Notes under the pieces: generated by a model
Database searches by the model: none
Told to the model about the DNA's origin: nothing
The model's input: only the letters and a program-made list of their open reading frames with translations
Translations under genes and position numbers: made by a program
Origin: Eledone cirrhosa
Lineage: Eukaryota
Reading direction: 5' to 3'
DNA: 64,000 nucleotides
NCBI GenBank assembly: GCA_964016885.1
Contig: OZ024741.1
Location: 110,360,001-110,424,000 of the forward strand
In this document: one piece after another, positions 13,354 through 27,732 of the stretch
How the letters are laid out: every line of letters begins with the position of its first letter
How positions within the stretch are numbered: the first letter of the stretch is position 1

Positions 13354-15181
13354 ATGATCAATTTAGATCAATCGAAATCTTTCGATAGGGTCAACCATCG
13401 ATACCTGGAAGCTGTCCTCAAGGCAGCTGGCCTCGGTCCTGGATAGCTTCAATGCACAGTGGCATCTGCTCGGTGGTCAAAGTAAATAACCACCTTTCGA
13501 AACTGTTTCATCAGATCACGTGATCTGTCCGTCAAGGGTGACCTCTCTCCTACATTCTGTACGCATTGATTCTCGAGCCTTTACTGCGGAAGCTGAAGTT
13601 GTTGTAGGGAATCTAGCTCGAACCGCGACGTGGAAGGGTTGCGTCGACATATGCGGACGATATCACCTTGATAATGTCGAACACCTGGGAAATTGAGATA
13701 ATCAGCACCTTCTTAAAGCAATATGAAAGGTTGGTGGTAAAGTCGGTGAGTTTGCAGCTCTGCACCTGAAAAGGTAAATCCATGCCATTCAACAATGTCG
13801 TCGAGCGCTGGACGGGCGGACCGATGAAGTTGCTGGGTGTCTGGTTCGAACCATACCTCCAGGTGGATAAGGACTTGGATGAGCAGACTGGCCACCCTTA
13901 CCCAGAAATGTACCGAGAGAAAGCTATCCTTGAAAGGTTGGGTGGTGGAGGCGAACGCGTATATCGCGTCCGTCAGCTATTACTGCCTGACCGTCGTGTC
14001 TTGCCCCCGTTCGCACCTCACCAAATTATAACGCCTGCTCTTCAATTTCTTGTGGAAGGGACAGGTTCTGTTGGTGATGCTATCCATCTACTGCCAGCAC
14101 CCCTACATGCATGGCTGGACATTCCGTGGCTGATGATGCGCAAACATGCGCTGAGGCTACCGCATCTTCAGATATTCTTAAACAGTGAACAGGTGTGGTC
14201 GCCATTTGTGAGACAGGTCTTTCCGCAGCTCGTCTCTTTGACTGAGCTACAGTCCTGGGCCATGCGGAAACCAAGACTGGGCGCCTGGCATCTGGAAGTG
14301 GGCCAGGTGCTCACTGCCCTCTACTGGGCAGGAAATGCGGTCAGTGAAAATTCCACCCTAGAGTTCTATAGAGGATTAATGACGGGTAAGTCCGACGACT
14401 TTCACGGAGAGAATTTGGGCGTCGACGAATTCGAACTGACCAGTCCGTTCCGGAGGACTTTCGAATCAGGGACTATGGATAATTTACAGAAATTCCTCGC
14501 TTGGTAGTGCTATCGGGGGACGCTACCGATTCGAAATAAACTCTATAAGCACAGGAGTGCGGTTAGATGGACCTGTCCGAGATGCGCGCAGAGCGACGAA
14601 ACCGTTCTGCACGCCTCTTCTTGTGATGTTATGTCGAACAGCTGATATCGCATATGGGATTTATCTGGCTATCGACGCATGCATCGTGAAGCTCATCCGG
14701 CCACATTATTTTGACCGGGAAGAGTAGGCAGTTTTCCTCTGCCTGGTGGCGGTAGCGACGAGGCTGAAAAGACTGAAGACAGACACTGTTCTCTTCGGCC
14801 AATCACTCATCAACTTTCTCAAATTACCCTTGAAATGGGAGGTGAGGGTGGAGAGGGAAGTGCTACCGCCAGTACATTTGCTAAAAGGTGGGTGAATGTA
14901 GCAAGAATGGCCCGTTTAAATGGGCCTACTCTGACCGTGCACCTGTGGGCTGGCTGATTTGAAGACGATAGGGGCGCCCTCCTCGTGTGCGCTCGGAACG
15001 TCGGGTGGCTCCGAATTTGTAGAGTTCCTGAGTCACCCCTTGTGGCCATCCCCCTACTGGGGAATTTACATTGTTGTTATTCTATTGTTTATTGTTATTT
15101 GTTAATTTGCTTTTACCCCATTTTATTGTGAACCCCCGCCGTGAGCCCCTGTGCCCAATAAAGACATTATTATCATTATTA
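13354..15181 (+). mobile_element. L1/Tx1-clade retrotransposon, 5'-truncated, decayed ORF2
   Basis: Motifs INLDQSKSFDRVNHRYL, SVRQG, YADDIT and C-terminal CPRC...ETVLHA. Ends with aataaa and an (ATT)n-like tail. Confidence 0.85.
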
Positions 15182-15388
15182 GAAGGTCAGACAACATGCT
15201 ATGTGGCGTAGAGTTATGTCTCTTTTCAAATCCCTCCGAGGTTAGCTTTGCCTTTCATCCTTACTGTTTGCCTTTCATCCTTACTGGGTCGATAAAGTAA
15301 AACACCAGTAAGTGCTGGGGTCGATTTAATCGACTTTCCCCTTCCCTTCAAATTGATAGCCTTGTGCCTAAAGTAGAAACAATTATTT
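15182..15388 (+). mobile_element. tRNA-derived SINE
   Basis: SINE core with an internal duplication of ttgcctttcatccttactg. 3' end gtagaaacaattatt. Confidence 0.8.
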
Positions 15389-15399
15389 ATACTGTATAT

Positions 15400-16310
15400 A
15401 TGTGTAAGTCCTGGAATTTCCGTTATGTATCTTTTTTTATCATCCCAGGGCACCTACTATTATAGGTATTGTTTTTGTTTTCATCATCGACATTAGAGTT
15501 CTTTTATCTCTAGATCTTTATATTTGAATAATTTCTCCGTTTCTTTGGTAGATATATTGCCGTCTGTAAGGATTGATACATCAATTAGAAGACATTACTT
15601 TTCTTTGTGGTTTGTTACTGTAATATAGGCTCGGTTGGTTTTCACCTCCCTGTCTATGTGAATTGGCATATCCCAGGGTATGGTTGCTTTGTGTATTCTC
15701 TGACACCTTTTATGTTGTGTCTGTACCATCGTTTTTCTGTTGGCATTTCATAGTGTTAGCATAACTTCCAGTGTATGTAAATCCCAACTCTATTATGTCT
15801 GTGGATATATTCTTTTTTGGCTAAGACTGGGTATCCAGAGATAATGTGGTTAATTGTTTCTTCCCCATGACCTCATATTCTGCACTTATTGTGTCCTGCT
15901 TCATTATGTACTTCCGGTGGTTTCTGGTGGAGTGGCTTTGGTTTTGTGCTGCGATTAAAAATCCTTCTATCTCAGTTCTTAGTCCAGTGTTTCGTAGCCA
16001 GTTTTGTGAGTTTTGCTTGTCTACTTCCTTTCTATTCAGCAGTTTCGGTTATTGGCCATGTAAGGGTTTATTCTTGCCATCGTTTTAGCATAGTATTCTG
16101 CAGGTCTGTTTTCAATTAAGATTTTATATTTTCACAATTTCTGTTGTTTCTTCTTTGTTTTCATTCTCCTCACAATTATCTGTCAAGCCAACTTATATTT
16201 TGAATTTGTTGGCTTCCTTGAAGACTGAATACAATTTTTTGTTTTGTTCATGTTTCGTGGATATCTTTAACTATCCTTTGTTCTTCATTAACTTTTTTGT
16301 AGTACTACAG
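15400..16310 (-). mobile_element. Third REL-type (R4/Dong-like) family, decayed 3' region
   Basis: The minus strand gives frameshifted zinc-knuckle and REL-like segments (ETINHIISG, YIHRHNRVG, WDMPIHIDREVKTNR, PIIVGALGMIKK). Confidence 0.7.
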
Positions 16311-16565
16311 TAGTTTATTATTGTTATTATCATTATGTCTTTTGTTACATCCCCTTCTTTTATTTATGTGTTAGATCCCTTCATTGGGTGGTTCTTATGA
16401 AAATCCTTTCTTCTTTTAAGATTGTACATGGATCATGATCCCCTTCGTGGCTGCTCAGAAAAATCCTATTCCTCCCTTCTGTTCCAAGACAGTAAAAGAA
16501 CCATGATTCTCTCGTTGGCTTCCCACAAAATCCTCCCCACCCTATTTTGTTTCCATGTTGGATAA

Positions 16566-17039
16566 TAGGGAGTTCAAACAAGTGGCCTGCTTGCCTCATG
16601 CGGCCCGCAAACAACTTTTCTATAGCCCGCTGCAGAAGAGTTTTCATGACTAATGTTTTCCTAAAACTTGGTAATTTGTCCCAGTTCTAATATGTATAGT
16701 ACGATTTATTGCAACTTACAAATGAAATACAATAAAATGAAAAAAAAAACGAGATTTATCAAAAGTGAAAACCGGAAAAAAAGGAAATTTACCAAAAGTA
16801 AAAACGGAAGTAAGGAGAATTTGAGACAGAAAATTTATTCCCTAAATTCTGTACAAATTCACATATCTCACTTGCTATCATGCATATCCATTTTGATGAA
16901 AAAAGAAATAGTAAATAGTAGCCTATCAGCTGTGTTGTAGATTAGCATTGTAACTGGTGGAAATCAGCAACCCCTCTAACCTTTTGGCCGCTGTGTCTCT
17001 CCCCCATGATGTAATGAGTCCTTGAGTTTGAGACCTCTG
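16566..17039. mobile_element. hAT-like MITE
   Basis: Imperfect TIRs tagggagttcaaac / gagtttgagacctctg and subterminal gcggcccgc motifs. Confidence 0.5.
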
Positions 17040-17458
17040 GTGTATACGAACCTGTATTCTCTCCTTAATTGCACATGATGTCCTCCCCTCCCTCTTCTGT
17101 TCCCAGACAATGTACGGGCCAAGATCCTATCGTTAGCTGCTCACGAACTACTCCCCGCCTTATTCTGTTGCCAAGCGGCACTATTAAGGAATTATGGCTT
17201 CAGCCAGCCATAACTGAAACATTTCCTTGAAGAAAAAAACAGAAGCGACCAAAGTGACAAATACAATCAAGGTTTATCGTTTCTGCCAGTTGACCAAATA
17301 TTGAGATGAAAGTAGTGCACCGAATAACCTTAATGGATGAGAGGTGTCTGTGTGTTGTGTGGTGGTGGTGGTGGTGGTGGTGGTGGTGAGGGGGTAGAAC
17401 GATAGGGGAGTATACGAAACAAGCGAAAGGGGGAAGAAATCAGAAATTAGAAAGAAAG

Positions 17459-17569
<111 letters not shown>

Positions 17570-18238
17570 GGTAGGTAGGTAGGTAGGTAGGTAGGTAGGT
17601 AGGTAGGTAGGTAGGTAGGTAGGTAGGTAGGTAGGTAGGTGGCTGGGTAGATATACATGGATAGATAGATACATAGATAGATAGATAGAAAGGGGGGAGG
17701 AAGAATGAATAATAAGAACAAATAAATAAGCAACCGAAAAATGAAATTAAAAAAATATGGCGGAAGCTAAGAATGTAAGAATGGCGGAAGTAAGGAACGT
17801 AAGAATGGTTTTGTCACGTGACATAACATGGGTGTAATTGTCTTTAGTGTTTCTGTTAGATGGTGACAGATATTAATAACAGAAGTTGTGAGTGTATATG
17901 TGCGTATATATGCATGTATGTATATGAATGCATATGTGTATTTCTGTGTCTATGTATTTATGTGTTTGTGCGTGTATGTTTGTGTGTGTGGGTGTATGTG
18001 CCTATGTATGTGTGAGAAAGAAAAAGAAAGAGAGAGAGAAATTGTTCATGGGTGTTACTATGGGAATACAGCTGTGTGTGTGTGAGGTTCTTTGCAAGCG
18101 TGCGTCTGTGTAAAAGAGAAAGAGAGAGGAGAGACGGCGTGTGTTTGTTTGTTTGTGTGTGTGTGTAAGAGAGAGGGGGAGCGGAAGAGAGAGACTATCT
18201 ATGCGTGTTACTACTGCTGTGTTGTATGAATATGTTTA

Positions 18239-18348
<110 letters not shown>

Positions 18349-18427
18349 GCAAGTAAGCGTTTGTGTAAAAGAGAAAGAGCAACTCTGCCCCGCTCACTCT
18401 CTCTTTACTTTGTTGTTGTTGTTGTTG

Positions 18428-18473
<46 letters not shown>

Positions 18474-19701
18474 CCGTGTTTATATGAGTGTGATTAAATA
18501 TCTTTGTAGGTATTTGTGTGTAGAGTTTAAGAAATAAAATAAAACAACCTCTGATAACAAGTTATCTATTAAAGAAGCATGGCTACTGAAATACATTAAT
18601 TTCAAAAGACAAACCCTAAACTGAAACATCATATCACTTCTGAATATGTGATTAATGATGAGTGTAAGGATGGCGGAAACTTTAAGGAATTCCATGAGCA
18701 ATGAAAGATTTAACTTTGATATGCCAGCTGATACGAAGAAGAGAATTACGAACCAACAAAAAAGCCAGTATTGTTTTCTCACTGTTGATGGGGGAGTATA
18801 GACCAAAGTATAATGTAATTAATACCGTATAATCAACAAAAGGATTTATTTATATTAAAAAAAGACAGATTTTTATTACATTTTACGAAAAAGAAAAAGG
18901 GAGCTTTATCGCAGTCGCACGACTGGCTAGAAACAGCAGCCAAAGGTGGGGAATAGACGGAGTCGTTAGGAAATTGAATAAAATTCCTTGTGCTTTTATT
19001 TCAAATCCCACCGAGGTCGACTTTGCTTCTTTTCATACTCGGAGACGGCGGATGAGTTAGCAAAGTCTAAATGCTTGATTTGATTTTTGACAGCTTAAGT
19101 GTCCAAGTAAGCAGTATGTCACTAGAGTCACTGTGTGCAGTACTGCTTCTAATCTCACACTTGTACTACGTCCAAAATATAGCTGTCAGGCACATTGGCA
19201 AAGACTGAATCACCAACACATTGCAACCACAGATTTACCACTATTATAACAATCTCTGCTCCCCAAGATTAGTTCATTTCCAGAGCATCAATACTCAGGA
19301 ATTCCTTTCGCGCCCAGGTAGTTTTCCCCAGCAGTCGTGCAAACTGAACATCAAATACATGGACACCTTGGCGGCCAAAATTATTTTTTTTAATTCTACA
19401 ATCTTAAGAAAGTTTATCAGCACGAAATTGCACATTAGAAGGTGGTTGATGAGGTGTAGAGATGCAGTTATGCACTCATCTCATGTAATTGTTTTTCTGC
19501 GTGCATTTCTTTTCTGAATCTTAAAAATGGTTGGATATATTGGAATATAAACTCAATAAATGTCGTATAAAAACTAGATGATAATTAATGAATGTAAACA
19601 ATGAAACAGAACAGAAAAACAAATCTTGAACTACGTATTAAATGAAATATATTCTTTACACAGACAGACATCATACACACGCACTCACACACACACACAT
19701 A

Positions 19702-19745
<44 letters not shown>

Positions 19746-20114
19746 CAATGGTATCAGCAAGACGCTTCAGACACCATTTTAACAGTAAGACGTATCTATC
19801 TAGTGTGATAAGTGAGGGTGATATTATCCACTAAATAGAAGTTACCAGCCTACCATCCATCTTTGTATGGTTGACCATCGTGTAAAGAAGACAGACAAAC
19901 AGTCTCTTCAGAGAAGTTTTTCCCCTAGATACGAACATCTAGCAAGAATCGATAGACGGAAGTAGGAAACTGTCCATGTGGGTGTTAATGGCGAGGATTT
20001 CTGAAATAACCCAGGAACAAATTCTAGCAGCCATTTGACGCCACACTAAGACGTTATATTCTAACCTCTCTCTCACTTCTTCTATCTTTCTATCTATCTT
20101 TCTCACATGCATGC

Positions 20115-20187
<73 letters not shown>

Positions 20188-20219
20188 TACGAATATACGT
20201 AGATACATATAATACGCGA

Positions 20220-20262
<43 letters not shown>

Positions 20263-20268
20263 AGCGTG

Positions 20269-20299
<31 letters not shown>

Positions 20300-20452
20300 A
20301 CGTATATATATATATACATGTATACACACTCATGTATACGTACACATGTATATATAAATATTTATCTATATATACGCACATATATATATACCTACACACG
20401 CACACACTCACACATATTCCACTTTACTTGTCTCTCTACCTCTCCCTTCTCA

Positions 20453-20495
<43 letters not shown>

Positions 20496-20515
20496 TCTCT
20501 CTCTCTCTCACTCAC

Positions 20516-20555
<40 letters not shown>

Positions 20556-20879
20556 TCTCTCTCTCTCTCTCTTTCAAAGTTATCTTTTCCTTTAGCTCTT
20601 GTCTTAATCTGACAAAATGGCGCTATCTCATATTTTACTTTGTCGCATACAATTGTGGCTGAATCGCCTCGATGTGTAGCCGCATATGTCTACATAAACG
20701 ATTCTATGTGTGTATGCGTGTGTGTACGTCCGTTCATGCGTGCAGGAGTATATTTTGTATGTCTGCGTATTTCTACACACACTCGCACACCCATACATAT
20801 ACATACATACATATACACACACATACATACACACATACATATATACATATATGTGTATTTATATATATATATATATATA

Positions 20880-21069
20880 TTTAATATAGAAATGGCTTCT
20901 ACATGACTAGAACTGTTTCATTCGGGAGAAATCAGGAAGCATTGATGATTTCTCCCGAATGAAACAGTTCTAGTCCTGTAGAAGCCATTCCTATATTAAA
21001 TATTTATACTCTGCTATGTATTGAGTACCTTACTTACTGTGGTTACCCCGATTGAACCTGGGATAAACG

Positions 21070-21070
<1 letters not shown>
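20880..21070 (+). mobile_element. Fold-back PLE remnant in (TA)n with a degenerate hammerhead
   Basis: Inverted arms at about 20880-20934 and 20946-21004. Motif TTGATGA-tttctcccgaat-GAAA-cagttctag-TC. The tail contains TTGAGTACC. Confidence 0.65.
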
Positions 21071-21097
<27 letters not shown>

Positions 21098-21103
<6 letters not shown>

Positions 21104-21212
21104 TAACAGATTAAAGTTTAAGCAAAGAATTGCTGCTTTCACCCTTAACGGGATATATTTATCCTTATCGAGCCCTCTTCGGATTTTAGTCTTCACATTT
21201 ATTATTATTACT
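21098..21212. mobile_element. Rearranged fragment of the PLE family found at 60140-60390
   Basis: 21098-21153 matches 60230-60287 in the same orientation. 21153-21210 is the reverse complement of about 60140-60197. Confidence 0.75.
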
Positions 21213-21780
21213 ATATATATATATATGTGTATATATATAAAAAAAACATGGGAAGAAAGAGGAAAACTGCATGGTTGCACATGGGTTACATATTATAAAA
21301 TTAGTCCCTCATCAGTGATTTGCCAACCATCATTGGTATTTCATCGCATTAAAAATCATATACCTCAGATTGGTGCGAGCAATAACTAAAATAAGCTATT
21401 GGGAAAAATGAATCGCGTAAAGCGAGTGAGACAAGTAAACAACAAGAAAGAAAAGCAAACCGAAGGTAGGAAAAAAGCAAGCAACATGATGGTTATCCGA
21501 TCAGCATAAACTGGGTGAATTTCATGAACGGTCAGAAAACAGACCGTTCGACGTGAATGAGATGTGAGAAAGAAAGAATCCCACTACTAACGAACGGGAG
21601 GAAGTGAGAAGGGGAGAAACAGAGAGTGAGTGAGTGGAAGTGCGAGGAAGAGGTCAGTCGAGAGAAAGTGTAACTGACAGAGGTGGCGAAAGAAGGTGAG
21701 AGAAACAGAGAGAACGGGGGAGCAGAAAGAGAGAAACAGACAATCGCAGTCGAGGTAAATATGTATAAAAAACATGGGAA

Positions 21781-21856
<76 letters not shown>

Positions 21857-21857
21857 G

Positions 21858-21916
<59 letters not shown>

Positions 21917-21917
21917 G

Positions 21918-22018
<101 letters not shown>

Positions 22019-22339
22019 ATATATATATATATGTATGTATATATATATATATACACGTATGTGTATAATTTTATTCATTTGCGGGTTTCAGTCAATGAAC
22101 AACTGTGGCCATACTGGAGCTTTGTAAAGTTTTAGACAATCATGTCAACCAGCCTCATTACTCTGTTCAATTGAGTAGCTGTTTCATCGATCTCTGTATG
22201 ACAAACCGATTGATACGGTTAGGGAACACTAGCATAAACATAAACATAGAGTTACGTATACAGCCACGCACACGCACAGATACACAGAAACGAGCACACT
22301 CATACATATATGTACATACACACACACATATGTATATAT

Positions 22340-22513
22340 AGGAAAAATTCCGTTATAACGAATACCACTGTAACGAATGTTTCAGTATAACGAAATGTTT
22401 TTCAATCCCCGGCCACACGTTCGATCTGTTCGGTCGATTTCGTTATAAAGAATTTTTCATTACAACGAAGTTTTTTTATTATACCCCGTGACTTTCGTTA
22501 TAACGGAATTTTA

Positions 22514-22517
<4 letters not shown>
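22340..22517. mobile_element. Tc1/mariner-pogo (Tigger-like) MITE
   Basis: TIRs aaaattccgttataacgaa / ttcgttataacggaattttactg, TA flanks and repeated tataacgaa motifs. Confidence 0.75.
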
Positions 22518-22559
<42 letters not shown>

Positions 22560-22590
22560 AAAAGTAATAATAAAAATAACAAAACAAAGG

Positions 22591-22663
<73 letters not shown>

Positions 22664-22666
<3 letters not shown>

Positions 22667-22965
22667 TGTACCCCCGACATTCTCGGTCCCGGTTAATCAC
22701 TGATTTTTCCTTAGAAACCACCGCATATTCGCGGAATTGTAAATATCTTCCGCGATTTTGTTTTTGATTTTTTTATGGTAATGTTTATTTTTTCTCGCTT
22801 TTTAACGCTAAATTATTAATAACAATATACCGTATTTGCCGGTTATATTTTACTTTATGTTTTGACGTTCATAGACATTTTTATGGACCACGTCCATTAT
22901 TCGCTGTTTTTCACTCTTCCCGCTATTCTAGGAATTAAACCTCCGCGAATACCGGGGGACAACTG
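22664..22965. mobile_element. Tigger-like MITE
   Basis: TA-cagtgtacccccgacattctcgg ... ccgcgaataccgggggacaactg-TA. Confidence 0.75.
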
Positions 22966-23289
22966 TATATATATATGTATATATATTACGAATAATTTCT
23001 CAACACAGTTGCAAGCTATCTAAGGTTTCAAAGCCTACTCTAACATGGGTCTTATAGTCTTATAGATGGTGTTTCTGCTAGGGTTGCTTATCTTTCAAGC
23101 AATACCAAAATGGTCGACGTTATTTACATAAGATCTCGTCCAGTACAAGGGAGGTAATTATAATGTAATAATAAATTAATAACAGGCTACTCTTGCGGAC
23201 CTCCATGTGTTGAGCATTTATTCATAATAATATACTTTAACTCTGTACTTAACATAGGGCGCTATTTTTCCTTTTTCTCTACAGCTGGC

Positions 23290-24170
23290 AAGGATTCAAA
23301 CTTATCAGCAATCGAGTCATCAATTGTTCTTGATATCTTCCCTTAGCGCCCTCCAGTAAAGCTGTTTCGTACGGGATTTCCTGTTTGAGCGAAGACTAAG
23401 TTTAACTTTGGCTGTGATGATGCTGTGATCTCTCCCTACGACAACAGAGAAAGTATGTACTTGACAATCATAAATTCTCTTTCTCCATCGTTTCCTGTAA
23501 ATGATAAAATCAATTTGGGAAAGATTCCCAGCTGGGTGTCTCCAAGTCAACAGTTTCCGTTTCGGTTTCTGGGAAGTGGCATTTCCAGTTAGTAGATTAT
23601 GTTGATGTAGAAACTCTTCAAGAAATGTGCTGTTTCTGTTAGTACTGTGAAGCGGCATCACAGTCCATTTGACGTTTCTTGAATGCTGGCAAAACAAAAT
23701 GCCTGCACCTCAATGTAACGAATAAACAAATGCATGCACTGGACTATTCGGAGGTTAAGGAGGTCGATGACTTCTTGTATCTTGGTAGTTTTATGAACAC
23801 TGAGCACGATGTGGACACCAGGATAGGCAAGGCATGGGGAGCTCTCATCTCCATATGAAAGGTGTGGGTGTCTCTGATCAAGAAAACCACAAAAATGAGA
23901 TTATTCAAAGCAACGGTTGAGTCCATTCTCCTCTACGGATGTGAATCATGGACACTGACAAAAACTCTCACAAAGAGGATTAATGACATATTAAGGTGGA
24001 TACTGAGGTGTTAAGAACATATCCTGGAGAACACACGTAGCAAATAAATCGTTCTACGGCTCAAACCTTCGGCTTTCTGACATCATAAGGCATAGGAGGT
24101 TCGCATTAGCTGGACATGCGAAATGTCACAATGAACCTGCTAGCAGAGTTCTTTTATGACGGCAATGCTT
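23290..24170. mobile_element. RTE-clade retrotransposon with an inverted 5' segment
   Basis: Minus 23320-23697 encodes an APE fragment (TWRHPAGNLSQIDFII...DHSII). Plus ~23700-24170 encodes the RT C-terminus (VDDFLYLGS, RLFKATVESILLYGCESWTL). Confidence 0.8.
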
Positions 24171-24231
24171 GTCAGAGAGAGCTGGAGTAGGAACTTCGTC
24201 ATGTTACCGGTAACGTATGTATAGAAATATA

Positions 24232-24372
<141 letters not shown>

Positions 24373-24411
24373 ATATTAAATAAATGGAAACTATATTTAT
24401 AAAACCATATT

Positions 24412-24474
24412 TATTAAATTATATATATTTCAAGGGTACCAAAAGACTTTGGTACGCTATCTTCAGATAAAATA
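24412..24474 (-). ncRNA. Type I hammerhead ribozyme motif (PLE left arm)
   Basis: Reverse complement of the 29110-29172 motif with a slightly decayed stem I. Confidence 0.7.
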
Positions 24475-24670
24475 CAAAATTTGTTTTATAAATAGAGACA
24501 TATCAAGGAAAATCATACCTTATCAGTTGGATATTCTCTGGATAGTGGAAATGTATTAGGGATTTTTCAAACTTATGGGTGAATATGCAAATGAATATGT
24601 AAATAATTGAAAAACAACCGTTTATTTAAACGACTATGGAGAGAAAGAGAGAAGAGAAGAAGGACAAAAT

Positions 24671-24722
<52 letters not shown>

Positions 24723-25866
24723 GAAAAACCGAAGATGAATTTAAAAAAACTCAAATAATGTTAATTTGAGGGAAATATATTCGGACAATTACCTGTGTTT
24801 ATAAGTAAATATATATCTTAATATTATGTGTATTTATATTAAAAGGATATTATACGGTTATCAGTTGTTTAAAATTTGTTTATAATATATTTTTCATTCG
24901 TTTATAAGTAGATAAATAAATAAATAAATAAATAAATAGATGGGTATATGATGTTATAGATATTTGTTCAAATGAGTTATGAGGGATATTTATTTTGTAT
25001 TTTATGTAAATATATATGTAGTTAAAGTTAAATTAAACTAAATTAAATTAAATTAAATTAAATTAACTGAGTTAAGTAAGAATATTTATATTTATATTCA
25101 TATGATTAAAATGGAAGATAAGGAAAAAACTCCTGTTTTATTTATTTTGTGTGAGACTATTTAGTCAAAATAAGTATGGATGTTTAAGATACATTTAGTC
25201 AGAATCAGTTAGTGGTTATTAATCTATTGAAAAATATTGAAAAAATATTGAGAAAATACTGAAAAGATATTGAAAAAATATTGAAAAAATATATTGAAAA
25301 AATATATTGAAAAAATATATTTAAAAATATATTAAAAATTTATTTGAAAGAATATTGAAAAATTTTTTTTAAATTTAAAAAAAATATTTTTTTTAAAATT
25401 TTAAAAAATCTTGATAAAAAAATTTTGAGAAAATTTAAAAAAAAACCCTTTTAAAAAAAATGTTTAAGAGATAAGTAATTTTTAAAGAAATAAAAAGTTA
25501 TTCAAATTAAAAAAAATGTTTAAATTAGAATTATATACGTATATATTATATGAAATTTTTTAAGAAGGGGAAGTACAACAAATGTTAGAGATATGATTTA
25601 GAGATATCAATATATTAAAACCAAGTAGATGAGATTGTTATGGAGATTAATAGGAATATTATAGGTATAATTATAAGTTATATATAGTTCTGAATGTTGA
25701 ATTCTGGCGATGTCTACAAGAATTAAATAAATTCGTTCTTAGATTAATTGAGTTTTTACAGTTAATTATATAAAAAATTTCCTCAATACACAATTTTCAG
25801 AATCTAGATAGAGCTGTGTTTCGATACGCGGGTGCTTTTGAAACTGTTTCCCAAGCTAATGAATAA

Positions 25867-26701
25867 CACCGTGTAACTATTTGTTGTTCCCCGATTCTAA
25901 GTATCATTTCCTGGTTTGCTATATCCCATTATTATAAAAAATACTATTATTTAATCAGAAGTTTGGGTTTTTGCCAGGAGTTTGATATTTCAAAATTTTC
26001 ATATTTATCAAGACAAAACATATTTTCTTTAAATTTATCAGTTCATATAATTAAATCAATATAGTATATATTTATTTTATTACACAAGCTTATCAAAAGC
26101 AAACAAGTAAAAACAAATAACACCTATAAAGCAACTTATACACATCAGAAATGACTGGATTTCCTGGATTTGTGGTTGTAGTCCAGGTCGCATTCCCGCA
26201 CTAGCCCCCATATATAGTCCCATATCATTTTTCCATTGTAGTGGCCCTGGTACCTCCGCTCTATCTCTTTCACATCTTGGTGGAATCGTTCGCCTTGTTC
26301 TACTGAGTAGGCGCCCATATTGGCCTTGAATTTTTCCAGGTGAGCGTCCAGCATATGGAGTTTAAGCGATATCCTGCATCCCATGGCGCCAAAAGCCTTT
26401 ATCAGATCCTGCACCAGTTGCTGGTAGTTTTCAGCTCTGTAGTTGCCCAAGAAGCCCTTAACAACTGCCTTGAAACAGTTCCATGCTGTTCTCTCAAATT
26501 GAGCTTATTGGAGAACTCGGTAGACTCAAACACCTTCTTTATTTGAGGTCCAACAAAAATTCCACCTTTGATTTTGGCCTCAGATAACTTGGAGAAGAAC
26601 TCAAGAAGGTACTTAAAAACGGCTGATTCTTGGTTTAGAGCCTTCACAAACTGCTTCATCAATCCCAACTTAATGTGCAGTGGCGGCATGAGCACAATCT
26701 T
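25867..26701 (-). mobile_element. Chapaev3-like (CMC) DNA transposon, 3' half
   Basis: Peptide PPLHIKLGLMKQFVKAL...GIFVGPQI...EQGERFHQDVKEIERRYQG. The terminus is CACCGTGTAAC, preceded by TAA (TWA-type target). Confidence 0.8.
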
Positions 26702-27360
26702 GGGTTTAAATTTAAGTTTCTATTATTAATTCTATTTATATTTTGTGCTATGTTCATAGTAGTAGAGTATGATAGTTTTATAGTATGTCTGTTAAAAATT
26801 GAGTGGTATCTGTGGACTTTAGGAAAACATTTGTCTTGTGCTTTAAAGAATAGCTTTGCTAAAGGTGTTTTAACGCTTAATGAGAATGGGGTGAATACCA
26901 AATAATATTTCTAGTTCTAGTTCTTCTGTTATTTTTAGAGTTTAAGTTAAATTTGTTATTATTATTATAATTGATAGTAGGGTGATTTACCTTATTATTG
27001 TGGTCGATGTATTTAATCTTATTTATATACCCAGCTCTATTTAAAGCTTCATTATAATATTCTACCTTATCATCAAACATGTTTTTATTAATGGAGGTGC
27101 GTGAAATCCGTTGTTGGACACAATTGACAATAACAGACATACTATAAAACTATTCTACTCTACTACTATGAACATAGCACAAAATATAAATAGAATTAAT
27201 AATAGAAACTTAAATTTAAACCCTAACCAAAATAGCAGTAATAATTCTAGCAATATCTAACCTAATAGTACCGTTCCGAGCAACAACAACTCCGCAAAAT
27301 ATAACTGTAGAATTAAATCAAACTAACTGTCCTTTACAAAATAAGTGTTTAGATAAAAAC

Positions 27361-27732
27361 ATGGTCTATAAATGCACAGTTAAAACTAGTGATAATATAT
27401 TTAACTATGTCGGTGCAACTTCTACAGAATTTAAAAGTCGCTGGTATAAACACAATTTTTCTTTTCGAAGATTTGATAAAAAATCTTCAACTTCTCTTTC
27501 AAACCTGATATGGAACTTAAAATGCAAGAATATAGATTATTCATTAGCTTGGGAAACAGTTTCAAAAGCACCCGCGTACCGAAACACAGCCCTATCTAGA
27601 TTCTGAAAATTGTGTATTGAGGACATGTTTTATATACTTAACTGTAAAAACTCAATTAATCTAAGAACGAATTTATTTAATTCTTGTAGACATCGCCAGA
27701 ATTCAACATTCAGAACTATATATAACTTATAA
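27361..27732 (+). pseudogene. PLE GIY-YIG endonuclease domain with in-frame TGA at 27604-27606
   Basis: The frame continues past the TGA as KLCIEDMFYILNCKNSINLRTNLFNSCRHRQNSTFRTIYNL to TAA at 27730-27732. Confidence 0.85.
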
